Of a stretch of 59,421 nt of DNA, positions 7,507 through 16,283 are shown piece by piece. Position 1 is the first letter of the stretch. Each line of letters begins with the position of its first letter. This DNA is from an uncultured Calditrichaceae bacterium (GTDB taxonomy: Bacteria > Calditrichota > Calditrichia > Calditrichales > Calditrichaceae), in contig CAYRJN010000001.1 in the NCBI GenBank assembly GCA_964424545.1, positions 1 through 59,421 of the forward strand, read 5' to 3'. A program made the translations under genes and the position numbers. The notes under the pieces are model-generated. The model made no database searches. It was not told the DNA's origin and was given only the letters and a program-made list of their open reading frames with translations.

Positions 7507-9948
7507 ATGCCCTTTGCAGAAGTTGTTTTTAATATTCCTGTTCCCCATGCTTATACGTATAAAATTCCCATGGAAATAAAAACGGTTGAGCCCGGCATGC
7601 GCGTACTGGCGCCGTTCGGAAAACGTACCATGAGCGGAGTGGTAGTCAAAATAACGGATAAGCCTAAGGTTACCAATCTTAAAAACCTCTTGGATGTTTT
7701 AGACGATAAACCGCTTATTTCGCAAAAAATGCTAAACCTTACACAGTGGATTTCCGAATACTATTTTGCAAGCTGGGGGCAGTCGGTACAATTAGCCTTG
7801 CCTCGCGGTATCGATAAGATAGAAACGGAATTAATACATTTAATCGATGATGATAATGAAGAGGAATTAAGTGAACGCCAAGGGGAACTGTATCAAATTA
7901 TCGCTATTAATCCCGGAAAGACAAAAGAATATTACAGGAAGAAATTCGGATACGGCACGTTTTATTATTTTCTAAACGTTTTGGAAGAAAAAGGGTTTAT
8001 TTGGCGTGAAAAAATGAAAAAAGACGCTCGTGTGCACGAGTTAAGGCGGAAATTTGTAACTATCCCGCCCGATTATGAAATACGTCGGGATAATTCCGTC
8101 GATTTTCGGAAATATTTAAAACGTCGTCCCGAAATAGATGAAGTATTTATAAGGAATTGCGGAAAATCCATCGCTTTGGCCGATTTTCGTAAATTAACTT
8201 CAATGGCTTCAAAAACATTGCATAAATTGGTCGATTATGATATTTGCAAAATTGAAGAGAAACGTGTGGAGCGTAAACCGCAGTATGAAAATAATGAAGT
8301 CAAAAAAGATATTGTTCTAACGGATGAACAAAAAACGGTTGTCGCGAAATTATTACAGGATGTAAAGGAAGAAAAATTTGCCGCGCGTTTACTGCATGGC
8401 GTAACGGGGAGCGGTAAAACGCAGGTATATATCGAAGCGCTTAAAGAAGTGATAAAACTTGGCAAAACGGGAATAATCTTAATTCCGGAAATCTCTTTAA
8501 CGCCGCAAACCGTGATGCGTTTCCAATCTGTTTTTTCCGATAAAGTAGTGGTGTTCCACAGTAAAATGTCCGACGGCGAACGCTTTGACGCTTGGAGAGC
8601 TTGCTATCGTCAGGATGTAAAAATTGTGGTCGGACCCCGATCTGCCCTTTTTATGCCCTTAAAAAATATCGGTTTGATTGTTGTTGATGAAGAGCATGAA
8701 GCTACGTATAAACAAAAAGAAAGCCAACTTAAATATCATGCCCGCGATGTAGCCGTTTATTGGGCGAAGAAAAATGAAGCTCTCGTATTGCTTGGTTCGG
8801 CCACGCCCAGTCTTGAGTCGTATTATAACGCTCGTCGCGGGAAATACGGATTGCTGGAAATTAGAAACCGCGTCGAAAATATCAAAATGCCCGATGTTCA
8901 TATTGTAGATATGAAATATAATCGTTTTAAAGTTAACGATAGGCGCAGCTTGTTTTCCGAACTGCTCGTAAATAAAATAAAAGATCGTCTAAAGAAAAAA
9001 GAACAGGTGATTCTATTGCAAAACCGCCGCGGGTATTCCTCTTTTATCCAATGTAAAGATTGCGGGTTTATTCCCGTCTGTCCCAATTGTGAAATTACCC
9101 TCACCTATCATTCTTATAATAATAAACTACAATGTCATCTTTGCGGGCATATCCAGCCGGCATTCCATTATTGTCCTCAATGTGACAGTAAAAATTTAAG
9201 TTATAAAGGCGACGGAACGCAGAAAATTCAGAGCGAGCTGATGGCCATATTCCCGGATGCGAAAATCATCCGTATGGATCAGGATACCACGCAGGGTAAA
9301 AATATGCATCATAAGCTGTTATCGGCTTTTGGGCGTAAAGAGGCGGATATTTTGCTGGGCACGCAAATGATCGCCAAAGGGCTCGATTTTGCCAATGTGA
9401 CGCTGGTGGGTGTTATCTCAACGGATGTGGGGCTGGCTATTCCCGATTACCGCGCGGCGGAACGCACTTTTCAACTGCTTACGCAGGTGTCGGGACGCTC
9501 CGGCCGTGGCAATTTGCATGGCGAGGTTGTTTTTCAATCCTATCAATATTCGCATTATGCCGTTCAGTTTGCCAAGGAGCAAGATTATATCGGCTTCTAT
9601 ATGGATGAAATGAAATTTCGACGGGATTTTAATTATCCGCCTTTCAGTCGCGTAATCGAAATAATGGTTTCGGCAGCGGAAATGAGCGGTGCCATTAACA
9701 CAGCGCGGCAATTGGCCGTTGGTATTAATAAAAGAGCAAAACAATATTGCAAAGTGATCGGACCGGCTCCGGCCGTTATTCCGAAAATGAAAAATCTGCA
9801 TCGCTGGCAACTGACCATAAAATTAAATCCCGGCAGCGATCCCAACGGGAAATACACCAAAGAAATATTAAGAAATTTTATAAAACCGCAGCTTTTTTCG
9901 GCAAATTCCAACGTGCATCTTTCGGTGGATGTTGATCCGATTTTTTAA
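7507..9948 (+). CDS. priA: primosomal protein N' (replication restart helicase PriA)
   Basis: MPFAEVVFNIPV...YTYKIP N-terminus, Walker A GVTGSGKT, DEEH box, and Cys-rich zinc module CKDCGFIPVCPNCE...CHLCGH...CPQCDS. The track start TTG 7423 lies inside a repeat motif, so ATG 7507 is preferred. Confidence 0.9.
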   Translation: MPFAEVVFNIPVPHAYTYKIPMEIKTVEPGMRVLAPFGKRTMSGVVVKITDKPKVTNLKNLLDVLDDKPLISQKMLNLTQWISEYYFASWGQSVQLALPRGIDKIETELIHLIDDDNEEELSERQGELYQIIAINPGKTKEYYRKKFGYGTFYYFLNVLEEKGFIWREKMKKDARVHELRRKFVTIPPDYEIRRDNSVDFRKYLKRRPEIDEVFIRNCGKSIALADFRKLTSMASKTLHKLVDYDICKIEEKRVERKPQYENNEVKKDIVLTDEQKTVVAKLLQDVKEEKFAARLLHGVTGSGKTQVYIEALKEVIKLGKTGIILIPEISLTPQTVMRFQSVFSDKVVVFHSKMSDGERFDAWRACYRQDVKIVVGPRSALFMPLKNIGLIVVDEEHEATYKQKESQLKYHARDVAVYWAKKNEALVLLGSATPSLESYYNARRGKYGLLEIRNRVENIKMPDVHIVDMKYNRFKVNDRRSLFSELLVNKIKDRLKKKEQVILLQNRRGYSSFIQCKDCGFIPVCPNCEITLTYHSYNNKLQCHLCGHIQPAFHYCPQCDSKNLSYKGDGTQKIQSELMAIFPDAKIIRMDQDTTQGKNMHHKLLSAFGRKEADILLGTQMIAKGLDFANVTLVGVISTDVGLAIPDYRAAERTFQLLTQVSGRSGRGNLHGEVVFQSYQYSHYAVQFAKEQDYIGFYMDEMKFRRDFNYPPFSRVIEIMVSAAEMSGAINTARQLAVGINKRAKQYCKVIGPAPAVIPKMKNLHRWQLTIKLNPGSDPNGKYTKEILRNFIKPQLFSANSNVHLSVDVDPIF

Positions 9949-10045
9949 TTAACCTCTTATAATACAAATATTTGCATAAAATAGTCTAAATATGTAATAT
10001 GTTCTATAACCAAATTATGTAAATCCTGTACAAAATAGTGTAAAA

Positions 10046-11296
10046 ATGAGCCGACATTTAGAGCAAAAGAAACAAAATGCCGCCCGGGTGAATCAGATAC
10101 TTTCTACGATTGAGAAACAGAACAGGTTGAAATCCATTTCCGCCGATTCTAAGTTTAAAGAGATCGTTGACAAGTATAACACGTTAATTGAACGTTATAA
10201 GCAATTAGAAAAAGTTTATGAGTTTCATCGCGGTATCATACAAAATATATCCAGTGGCATTTTAACGACGGATATGAAAGGGCGTATTACCTTTATGAAT
10301 CGTGCGGCGCTTGAATCGTTGGGGTATGATTATCAAAGCATTCAGGAAAAGGAGATCGGCGTTCTTTTCGTCAATCCTCAGGAGGGTAATAAAATTATCG
10401 AAGACGCCCTAAGACATGGCGTGGAGTATGAAAGCCGCGAGACGCATCTGCTGACTAAAGACAAACAAATTATCACCGTTGGATTCAGTATTACGCCATT
10501 AAGAATCCCGGGCAGCGATGAAAATTACGGTTTGATCTTTATTTTTCGCAATATTGATTATATAACCAGCTTAAGGCAGCAAATTGAACGTATGGATCGC
10601 CTCGCAACGCTGGGCGAGCTTTCGGCCGGCATTGCCCATGAAATTCGCAACCCGCTGGCTGGAATAAAAACGTCCGCTCAGGTATTGGAAGAGAGTTTCA
10701 GTCCGGGCGATTTTAGAAGTCAGTTAGTTTCGCGAATCGTAAAGGAGATTGACCGCAGCAACGAACTGCTTAAACGTTTTTTCCATTTTGCCAAACCGAG
10801 CAAGCCGAAACAGGACTTCTATAACATCGAAATGATCGTTGACGGCGTCTATCTTTTGATGGCAAACCGATTAAAAAAAAATAATATTAAATTTAAAACA
10901 AAATTTGCCGATAATACTCCTCAGGTATATGTCGATGAAAGCCAGATTGAACAGGTAATATTGAATCTTTTTTTGAATGCCATGGAAGCGATGAAAAACG
11001 GCGGAGAGCTGGTGATTGAGATAGGGGTCGAAGATAAAGTGAATCTTTCTCAGTATCAGAAGAGTGAAAAAGCTGTTTTTGTTCGAATTTGTGATAATGG
11101 AGCGGGAATACCGCAAGATAAACTTGAAAAAGTATTCAATCCTTTTTATACTACAAAAAGCGACGGCGTAGGGCTCGGTCTTTCGATCTCTTCAAGGCTG
11201 CTTGAGGAAAACGGGGGGAAAATAGTGCTGCATTCAAAAATTGGCGAGGGCAGCAAATTTATTGTTTATTTACCTGTTGTAGAAACCAAAGCTTAG
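10046..11296 (+). CDS. soluble sensor histidine kinase (coiled coil-PAS-HisKA-HATPase)
   Basis: PAS-like GILTTDMKGRITFMNRAA, H-box GIAHEIRNPLAGI, N-box LNLFLNAMEAM, G-boxes DNGAGIP and GVGLGLS. No TM segment is evident. Confidence 0.88.
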   Translation: MSRHLEQKKQNAARVNQILSTIEKQNRLKSISADSKFKEIVDKYNTLIERYKQLEKVYEFHRGIIQNISSGILTTDMKGRITFMNRAALESLGYDYQSIQEKEIGVLFVNPQEGNKIIEDALRHGVEYESRETHLLTKDKQIITVGFSITPLRIPGSDENYGLIFIFRNIDYITSLRQQIERMDRLATLGELSAGIAHEIRNPLAGIKTSAQVLEESFSPGDFRSQLVSRIVKEIDRSNELLKRFFHFAKPSKPKQDFYNIEMIVDGVYLLMANRLKKNNIKFKTKFADNTPQVYVDESQIEQVILNLFLNAMEAMKNGGELVIEIGVEDKVNLSQYQKSEKAVFVRICDNGAGIPQDKLEKVFNPFYTTKSDGVGLGLSISSRLLEENGGKIVLHSKIGEGSKFIVYLPVVETKA

Positions 11297-11304
11297 GATC
11301 AATC

Positions 11305-11670
11305 ATGGCAAAACGCTTATTAATAATCGATGACGAAGAGACCTTAACGTTCAGTTTATATCAAAGTTTTATTTTATCCGACGACGATTATGAAGTGCTT
11401 ACGGCTAACTCCGGCGAAGAGGCGCTGGATAAAATAAAAGAAAAACCCTTTGATTTGATTGTAACGGATATTTTTATGCCCGGTATCAGCGGGTTTGATA
11501 TCCTGAAAACGGTTAAGGATGAATATCCTGCAACAAAAGTAGTCGTTATGACAGCCTACGGAACCGATGAATACCGTGACGAGGCTATGGAATTTGGCGC
11601 TAAGTTTTATATTGAAAAACCGTTTGAAATTAAAGAATTTAAAAAAATCGTAATGGAAATATTGGGCTAA
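11305..11670 (+). CDS. stand-alone response-regulator receiver (CheY-like)
   Basis: LLIIDDEE, phospho-acceptor context DLIVTDIFMPG, VVVMTAYG, YIEKPF. 121 aa with no output domain. Confidence 0.88.
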   Translation: MAKRLLIIDDEETLTFSLYQSFILSDDDYEVLTANSGEEALDKIKEKPFDLIVTDIFMPGISGFDILKTVKDEYPATKVVVMTAYGTDEYRDEAMEFGAKFYIEKPFEIKEFKKIVMEILG

Positions 11671-11671
11671 T

Positions 11672-12316
11672 ATGGCTTTAGTTGGAGATTTAAAAGATTT
11701 AAGGCTTCCCAGTTTAATACAATTAAACTGTATGGAAAGAAATACCGCTAAGATGACCATCGAGTATGGTAATAAATACGGGTTTATCTATTTTGACGAC
11801 GGTCAGGTTGTTCATGCGGAATTTGATCCGGAAATGGGAGAAAAAGCCATTTTCCGTTTATTAACGCTTGAAGAGGGCAAATTTAAGGTGGAAAGTGGTA
11901 TTCGGGCGCCGATTAAATCCATAAACACAAGTTGGAATAATTTATTATTGGAAGGATTGCATAAAATCGACGCGTCCGTAGAAAGCGACGAGCAAAAATT
12001 TCGCTTTCTGTTGGAAAAGATATTTACCGTACGCGGCGTAAGTTCGGCCGAACTGTTTAATTTACAAGGTGATCGTGTCGCTTCAAGCGATAAAGAACAG
12101 CAAGATAACGGAGCCATTTACGCTTTGAATTTATTCGAGGCTAATATGGCGGGAGATCAATTATCTTTCGGTAATCCGAAATTTATCAGCATTGCCGTCG
12201 GAAATTTCAGATATGTTCTGATTCCTTACAAAGATGACTTTTTTTTGGTTGTTAAGTTGGATATAAAAGTTAAGCTCGATTTAGTCTTGGATATGTTAAA
12301 AAAAGCGATTAGTTGA
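11672..12316 (+). CDS. PATAN/DUF4388 domain protein with Roadblock-like C-terminal half
   Basis: The N-terminus GDLKDLRLPSLIQLNCMERNTAKMTI...GFIYFDDGQVVHAEF...GEKAIFRLLTLEEGKFKVE fits the DUF4388 pattern. The C-terminal VRGVSSAELFNLQGDRVAS...FFLVVKLD resembles Robl/LC7. Assignment is by eye only. Confidence 0.65.
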   Translation: MALVGDLKDLRLPSLIQLNCMERNTAKMTIEYGNKYGFIYFDDGQVVHAEFDPEMGEKAIFRLLTLEEGKFKVESGIRAPIKSINTSWNNLLLEGLHKIDASVESDEQKFRFLLEKIFTVRGVSSAELFNLQGDRVASSDKEQQDNGAIYALNLFEANMAGDQLSFGNPKFISIAVGNFRYVLIPYKDDFFLVVKLDIKVKLDLVLDMLKKAIS

Positions 12317-13302
12317 TGAAAACAGAAACGTTATTGGCTCCGGGGAAAACCCATCACAAGCTATTGGCGACCCATTATACTCAAACGTGGCCGTTAATAG
12401 AAGATTTAAAAGAATCTCGATTCTCAGGTTATTTAATGCTTGAATTCTGGGAGTACGAGGGATGTATCATATTCGATACGGGTAATATTATACAAGCTTT
12501 TCAGGTGGAAAAAAACGATGTTAAATCCGGTATAGACGCTTTATCGGGGATTTATCATAAGTTTAAAGAGAAAGATGGCACCATCAGCACATTTCAGATT
12601 GATTCGGAATTTGTTCCTTTTCAATTTGCAAGGTATCAAACAAAAGTGCTAAAGGAGTTTGAGAGTAAAAAAAGCGAGGAGCTGACAAATTTCATAAAGA
12701 ATATATCGAAAGAGATAGATTTCGGCTGCATCAATATCGTTTATGGAAAAGAGGAGGCATGGGCTACCGTTTTGTTAAATAACGGACAAATTGTTGGCAG
12801 CGCTTTAAAAAGCAAAGCCGGTAAAACCGTCTATGAAACCAATGAATTGAAACTTTATGAGAATATTATAAAACTTGCGGGAACCATTAAAACATCCTCC
12901 CAGCTGCTGGGATGCGACGCTATACAATCTTATCGGCACAGCAGTCAATATACCGAGTTCTTTGATCTGTTAAAAAAATCGGAAACAATCATTTCCGTTA
13001 ATAATTTTTTAAAGGATGTCCTAACTTCGGTAATTAATAAAAAAGAAATTGAAAATATTTTTAATACGGCGTGGGAAGAAAGCTGTAAAAAAAATAAAGC
13101 CAAAAACTTGAAAATATTATCCGATGGTATTATCGGCCTTGAACAGATAAATTCCAAGCAGTTTTATCGTATTATCAGAGACTTTTTAGTAAAGCTGCAA
13201 CCTAAGTTTGATAAAACGATTAAGGGAAAGCTTGCGATGAAAGATATGCTTTCCGCATTGAATAATCAGTACACGGGCAAATTAAAAGAATTGTTGATTT
13301 AG
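12313..13302 (+). CDS. hypothetical protein with two divergent PATAN-like segments
   Basis: FSGYLMLEFWEYEGCIIFDTGNIIQAF...GIDALSGI and GCINIVYGKEEAWATVLLNNGQIVGSAL echo the DUF4388 core. ATGA overlap with the upstream gene. Confidence 0.5.
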   Translation: MMKTETLLAPGKTHHKLLATHYTQTWPLIEDLKESRFSGYLMLEFWEYEGCIIFDTGNIIQAFQVEKNDVKSGIDALSGIYHKFKEKDGTISTFQIDSEFVPFQFARYQTKVLKEFESKKSEELTNFIKNISKEIDFGCINIVYGKEEAWATVLLNNGQIVGSALKSKAGKTVYETNELKLYENIIKLAGTIKTSSQLLGCDAIQSYRHSSQYTEFFDLLKKSETIISVNNFLKDVLTSVINKKEIENIFNTAWEESCKKNKAKNLKILSDGIIGLEQINSKQFYRIIRDFLVKLQPKFDKTIKGKLAMKDMLSALNNQYTGKLKELLI

Positions 13303-13336
13303 ATAAACAGTTGTGATTAACGGGATATGAAACGAT

Positions 13337-13774
13337 ATGGGCAATAAGTGGTTGGATGAAATTATTAATATAGAAGGCGTTGACGGTGCATTTATTATAT
13401 CGAATAGAGGGAATCTGATCGCCGATACGGCGTTGCCTTTTAACGATGCGCAGTTGTATGAACTTGGCGTACATATTTTACGCATAATCGGTAGTTTTCA
13501 TCTGAAGGAGAAAAATGTAAACGAGCTGGAACTCTATTGGGATAACTACTATATTATATGCAAAAATTCAGCCGATTTCACTCTGATTACTCTATGTAAA
13601 TCGTCAAAGGTACTGTCGTTGCTTCGTATAACATTAAATATTACTATTGCTAATTTGCTGGAAGATAAGAAATTTAATAAGTTGTTGAGCGGCGAAATTG
13701 CCGATAAAGCCTTTACCTTAAAAAGAGGCGAATTTGAAGAAATTGAAAAAAAAATGATTTCAAAATTGAAATAA
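13337..13774 (+). CDS. Roadblock/LC7 domain protein (MglB/MglC-like paralogue)
   Basis: LDEIINIEGVDGAFIISNRGNLIADTA ... TLITLCKSSKVLSLLRITLNITIANL fits the Robl_LC7 pattern. Confidence 0.65.
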   Translation: MGNKWLDEIINIEGVDGAFIISNRGNLIADTALPFNDAQLYELGVHILRIIGSFHLKEKNVNELELYWDNYYIICKNSADFTLITLCKSSKVLSLLRITLNITIANLLEDKKFNKLLSGEIADKAFTLKRGEFEEIEKKMISKLK

Positions 13775-13827
13775 TTCGATAAATATCATAAATTTAACCA
13801 ATAATTAAAAAAGAGTGGAAATAAATA

Positions 13828-14313
13828 TTGTCTGACAGCCGTTCTCAAGCACATATAAACAACAACCAAATTTATGTTTTGGCAAGAGATAAATCGCCGA
13901 CGGAAGTAAGTTTAAAATCGGCCGAATGGGCAATTATTACGCAGGTTGACGGAGAAAAGACCGTTGCGGATGTGGCCGCTGCTCTTGCTTTAAACACAGT
14001 GGAATCCTTTGTTTTGTTTAAAGGTTTGCTTGAAAAGAATCTTATAGAATTAAGCGGAAGTAAGACAGTCGAAGAGCAATATGTTCCGCAAAGTTTCTTC
14101 GAAGTTTTGAAAAAAGAGTTCATTGATGTCGTGGGGCCCGTTGCGCCTTTTATTATTAGCGATGTAATCGTAGAACATGAAATAAAAATGGATAGGCTGA
14201 AAAAAGAAATGATTCCGGAGTTAATCGAAGTGTTATCGGATGAAATTAGCGATGAAACAAAAAAAGTAAAGTTTCAGCAAAATATGTTAAATCACATGAG
14301 AGGTATTTCTTGA
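13828..14313 (+). CDS. hypothetical protein (possible winged-helix-like segment)
   Basis: ORF with TTG start inside the operon. WAIITQVDGEKTVADVAAALALNTVESFVLFKGLLEKNLIEL. No confident family assignment. Confidence 0.45.
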   Translation: MSDSRSQAHINNNQIYVLARDKSPTEVSLKSAEWAIITQVDGEKTVADVAAALALNTVESFVLFKGLLEKNLIELSGSKTVEEQYVPQSFFEVLKKEFIDVVGPVAPFIISDVIVEHEIKMDRLKKEMIPELIEVLSDEISDETKKVKFQQNMLNHMRGIS

Positions 14314-15050
14314 AATTTCTAAGTTTAAAATGGAAAATAAGCGGCATTCTGATTATTTCCAATCTTGTTATAGGCGTTTTGCTGGTTATTATTGTCAATA
14401 ATGTGGTTTCAAAGGGATTGCAGAAAGAATTGATTGAAAAAGGACGGGCAATTGCCGCAAATTTAGCGCAATATTCCGCCGAAGGTTTGCTTGAAGAAGA
14501 TAAAGCTGCCTTAAAAGAGATGGCCACGGGTGTAAAAAAATTCGAATCGATTGAATATGTTTTGATTCTAAACAGTGAAGGTGCTATATTAGCGGACACA
14601 TATAACGGACAGGTGCCTGCCGAACTAAGCGTGTTGGATAAAAGCAATAAAGAGGTTGTCCAAAGGATTGACATTGGTAACGGCAATATCGGAATATTTG
14701 ACATTGCTTATCCGGTTGAAGACGGGATGCTGGGAACGATTCGGGTCGGTATGAGAAAAAGCTATATTGACGCTACGGTGTTTCAAACAAATATCATTTT
14801 GATTTTGACCATTTTGGGCGTAACGATTGCGGGTATTATTATTGTGCTTATTTTGGCCAATAAAATCATTAAACCCATTTTGTATTTAACGGAGCGTGCG
14901 GATAAAATCAGTCAGGGAGAATTGGAAGAAAAAGTTAAGGTAAATACCAATGATGAGATTGCTCAGCTTGGGGATGCTTTGGAAAGACTGCGTGAAAGCG
15001 TTAAATTAGCGTTAGACAGGTTAAAAAAACATCAAACCTTACGTATATAA
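14310..15050 (+). CDS. membrane sensor-HAMP protein lacking an output domain
   Basis: TM1 (ILIISNLVIGVLLVIIV), about 125-aa extracytoplasmic domain, TM2 (IILILTILGVTIAGIIIVLIL), then HAMP (IIKPILYLTERADKISQGELEEKVKVNTNDEIAQLGDALERLRESV), after which the protein ends. TTGA overlap with the upstream gene. Confidence 0.7.
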   Translation: MKFLSLKWKISGILIISNLVIGVLLVIIVNNVVSKGLQKELIEKGRAIAANLAQYSAEGLLEEDKAALKEMATGVKKFESIEYVLILNSEGAILADTYNGQVPAELSVLDKSNKEVVQRIDIGNGNIGIFDIAYPVEDGMLGTIRVGMRKSYIDATVFQTNIILILTILGVTIAGIIIVLILANKIIKPILYLTERADKISQGELEEKVKVNTNDEIAQLGDALERLRESVKLALDRLKKHQTLRI

Positions 15051-15069
15051 TTAAAGTGAGGAATATATA

Positions 15070-15579
15070 ATGGTACAAACAAAGAAATTGAAGGATGGTA
15101 GCCGGCAAGTAATCTTAACCGGTAAACAGTATGACGTAATTACAAAAGTATTATCGGAATTGGCAACCAAAACAAAGGCTTCAGCCATATTATTTGCCGA
15201 TATGAGCGGCCAGTTAATAAGTCAGCGCGGTAGCACAGAAGGTATGAACACTACCGTTTTATCGGCTCTCGCGGCCAGTGATTTTGCGGCAACTTCCGAG
15301 ATGGCTAAGCTCGTTGGCGAAGAAGCTAAGTTTAAACTGCTTTTCCATGAAGGGGAAAAGAGAAATGTATATCTTTCTAATGTGGGGGATAGCTTTTTTC
15401 TCGTTGTGGTATTTGATGTCAGCGTTACGCTCGGTTTAATCCGAATCTATACTAAAAAAGCGATTGAAGACCTAAATGCAGCTCTTGAAGAGTCCGGCGA
15501 AGAGAGCGATGAAGGATCAATGATTGATTCCGACTTCAGCACGCTTTTGGGCAATGCTTTGGACGATACATTTAAATAA
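15070..15579 (+). CDS. mglB: MglB-type Roadblock/LC7 GTPase-activating protein
   Basis: Collinear by eye with M. xanthus MglB as recalled: ILFADMSGQLISQRGS, DFAATSEMAKLVGEE, FHEGEKRNVYL, LVVVFDVSVTLGLIRIYTKKA, and an acidic C-terminal tail. Lies directly upstream of mglA. Confidence 0.85.
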   Translation: MVQTKKLKDGSRQVILTGKQYDVITKVLSELATKTKASAILFADMSGQLISQRGSTEGMNTTVLSALAASDFAATSEMAKLVGEEAKFKLLFHEGEKRNVYLSNVGDSFFLVVVFDVSVTLGLIRIYTKKAIEDLNAALEESGEESDEGSMIDSDFSTLLGNALDDTFK

Positions 15580-15623
15580 TAGTTTTACCATAGAACAATA
15601 AAAAATTTAGACAGAGGATAAAA

Positions 15624-16208
15624 ATGTTTATTAATTGGGCGTTACAGGAAATTAATTTAAAAATCGTTTATTACGGACCGGGAATGAGCGGTAAAACCAC
15701 GAATCTTGAACATATCCATCAAAAACTGGATCCTTCGTTAACCGGCGATCTTGTTTCCCTTAAAACCAAAGAAGATCGTACGATATTCTTCGATTTTATG
15801 CAGATAGAGGTCGGCCGTATAAAAGGTAAAAAACCGAAATTTAATCTTTATACCGTTCCGGGTCAGGTTTATTATGCTTCAAGTCGTAAAGTTATCTTAA
15901 ACGGCGTAGACGGCATTGTGTTCGTAGCCGATTCGCAGCCGCACAGGATGGAAGCAAATATCGAAACCCTCCTGGATCTTGAAGGGAATTTAAAACAAGA
16001 CGGCCACTCGCTTGATAATTTTCCTTGGGTTATTCAGTATAATAAAAGAGATTTACCCGGCGCCGAATCGGTTGATGTTTTACAAAAACGTCTGAATTTC
16101 TTTAATGTACCGAATTTTGAAGCTGTTGCCGTTAAGGGCGAAGGCGTTTTTGATACGCTGAAAGCGGTGATTAATTTAGTCGTTCAGAATGTCCAAAGCC
16201 AGTTATAA
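15624..16208 (+). CDS. mglA: MglA-type Ras-like small GTPase
   Basis: EINLKIVYYGPGMSGKTTNL (P-loop), EDRTIFFDF (switch I Arg-Thr), LYTVPGQVYY (switch II Gln), VDGIVFVADSQ, QYNKRDL, GVFDTLKAV. Near full-length resemblance to M. xanthus MglA as recalled. Confidence 0.92.
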   Translation: MFINWALQEINLKIVYYGPGMSGKTTNLEHIHQKLDPSLTGDLVSLKTKEDRTIFFDFMQIEVGRIKGKKPKFNLYTVPGQVYYASSRKVILNGVDGIVFVADSQPHRMEANIETLLDLEGNLKQDGHSLDNFPWVIQYNKRDLPGAESVDVLQKRLNFFNVPNFEAVAVKGEGVFDTLKAVINLVVQNVQSQL

Positions 16209-16235
16209 TATAAAAAATTTAACAGCAGTTATATA

Positions 16236-16267
16236 AACCTTCTCAGTTTTTTGGGAAGGTTTTTTTG
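16236..16267 (+). terminator. rho-independent terminator after mglA
   Basis: accttc(tc)-loop-(gg)gaaggt followed by tttttt. Confidence 0.75.
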
Positions 16268-16283
16268 TTGAAAGGGTGCATAC

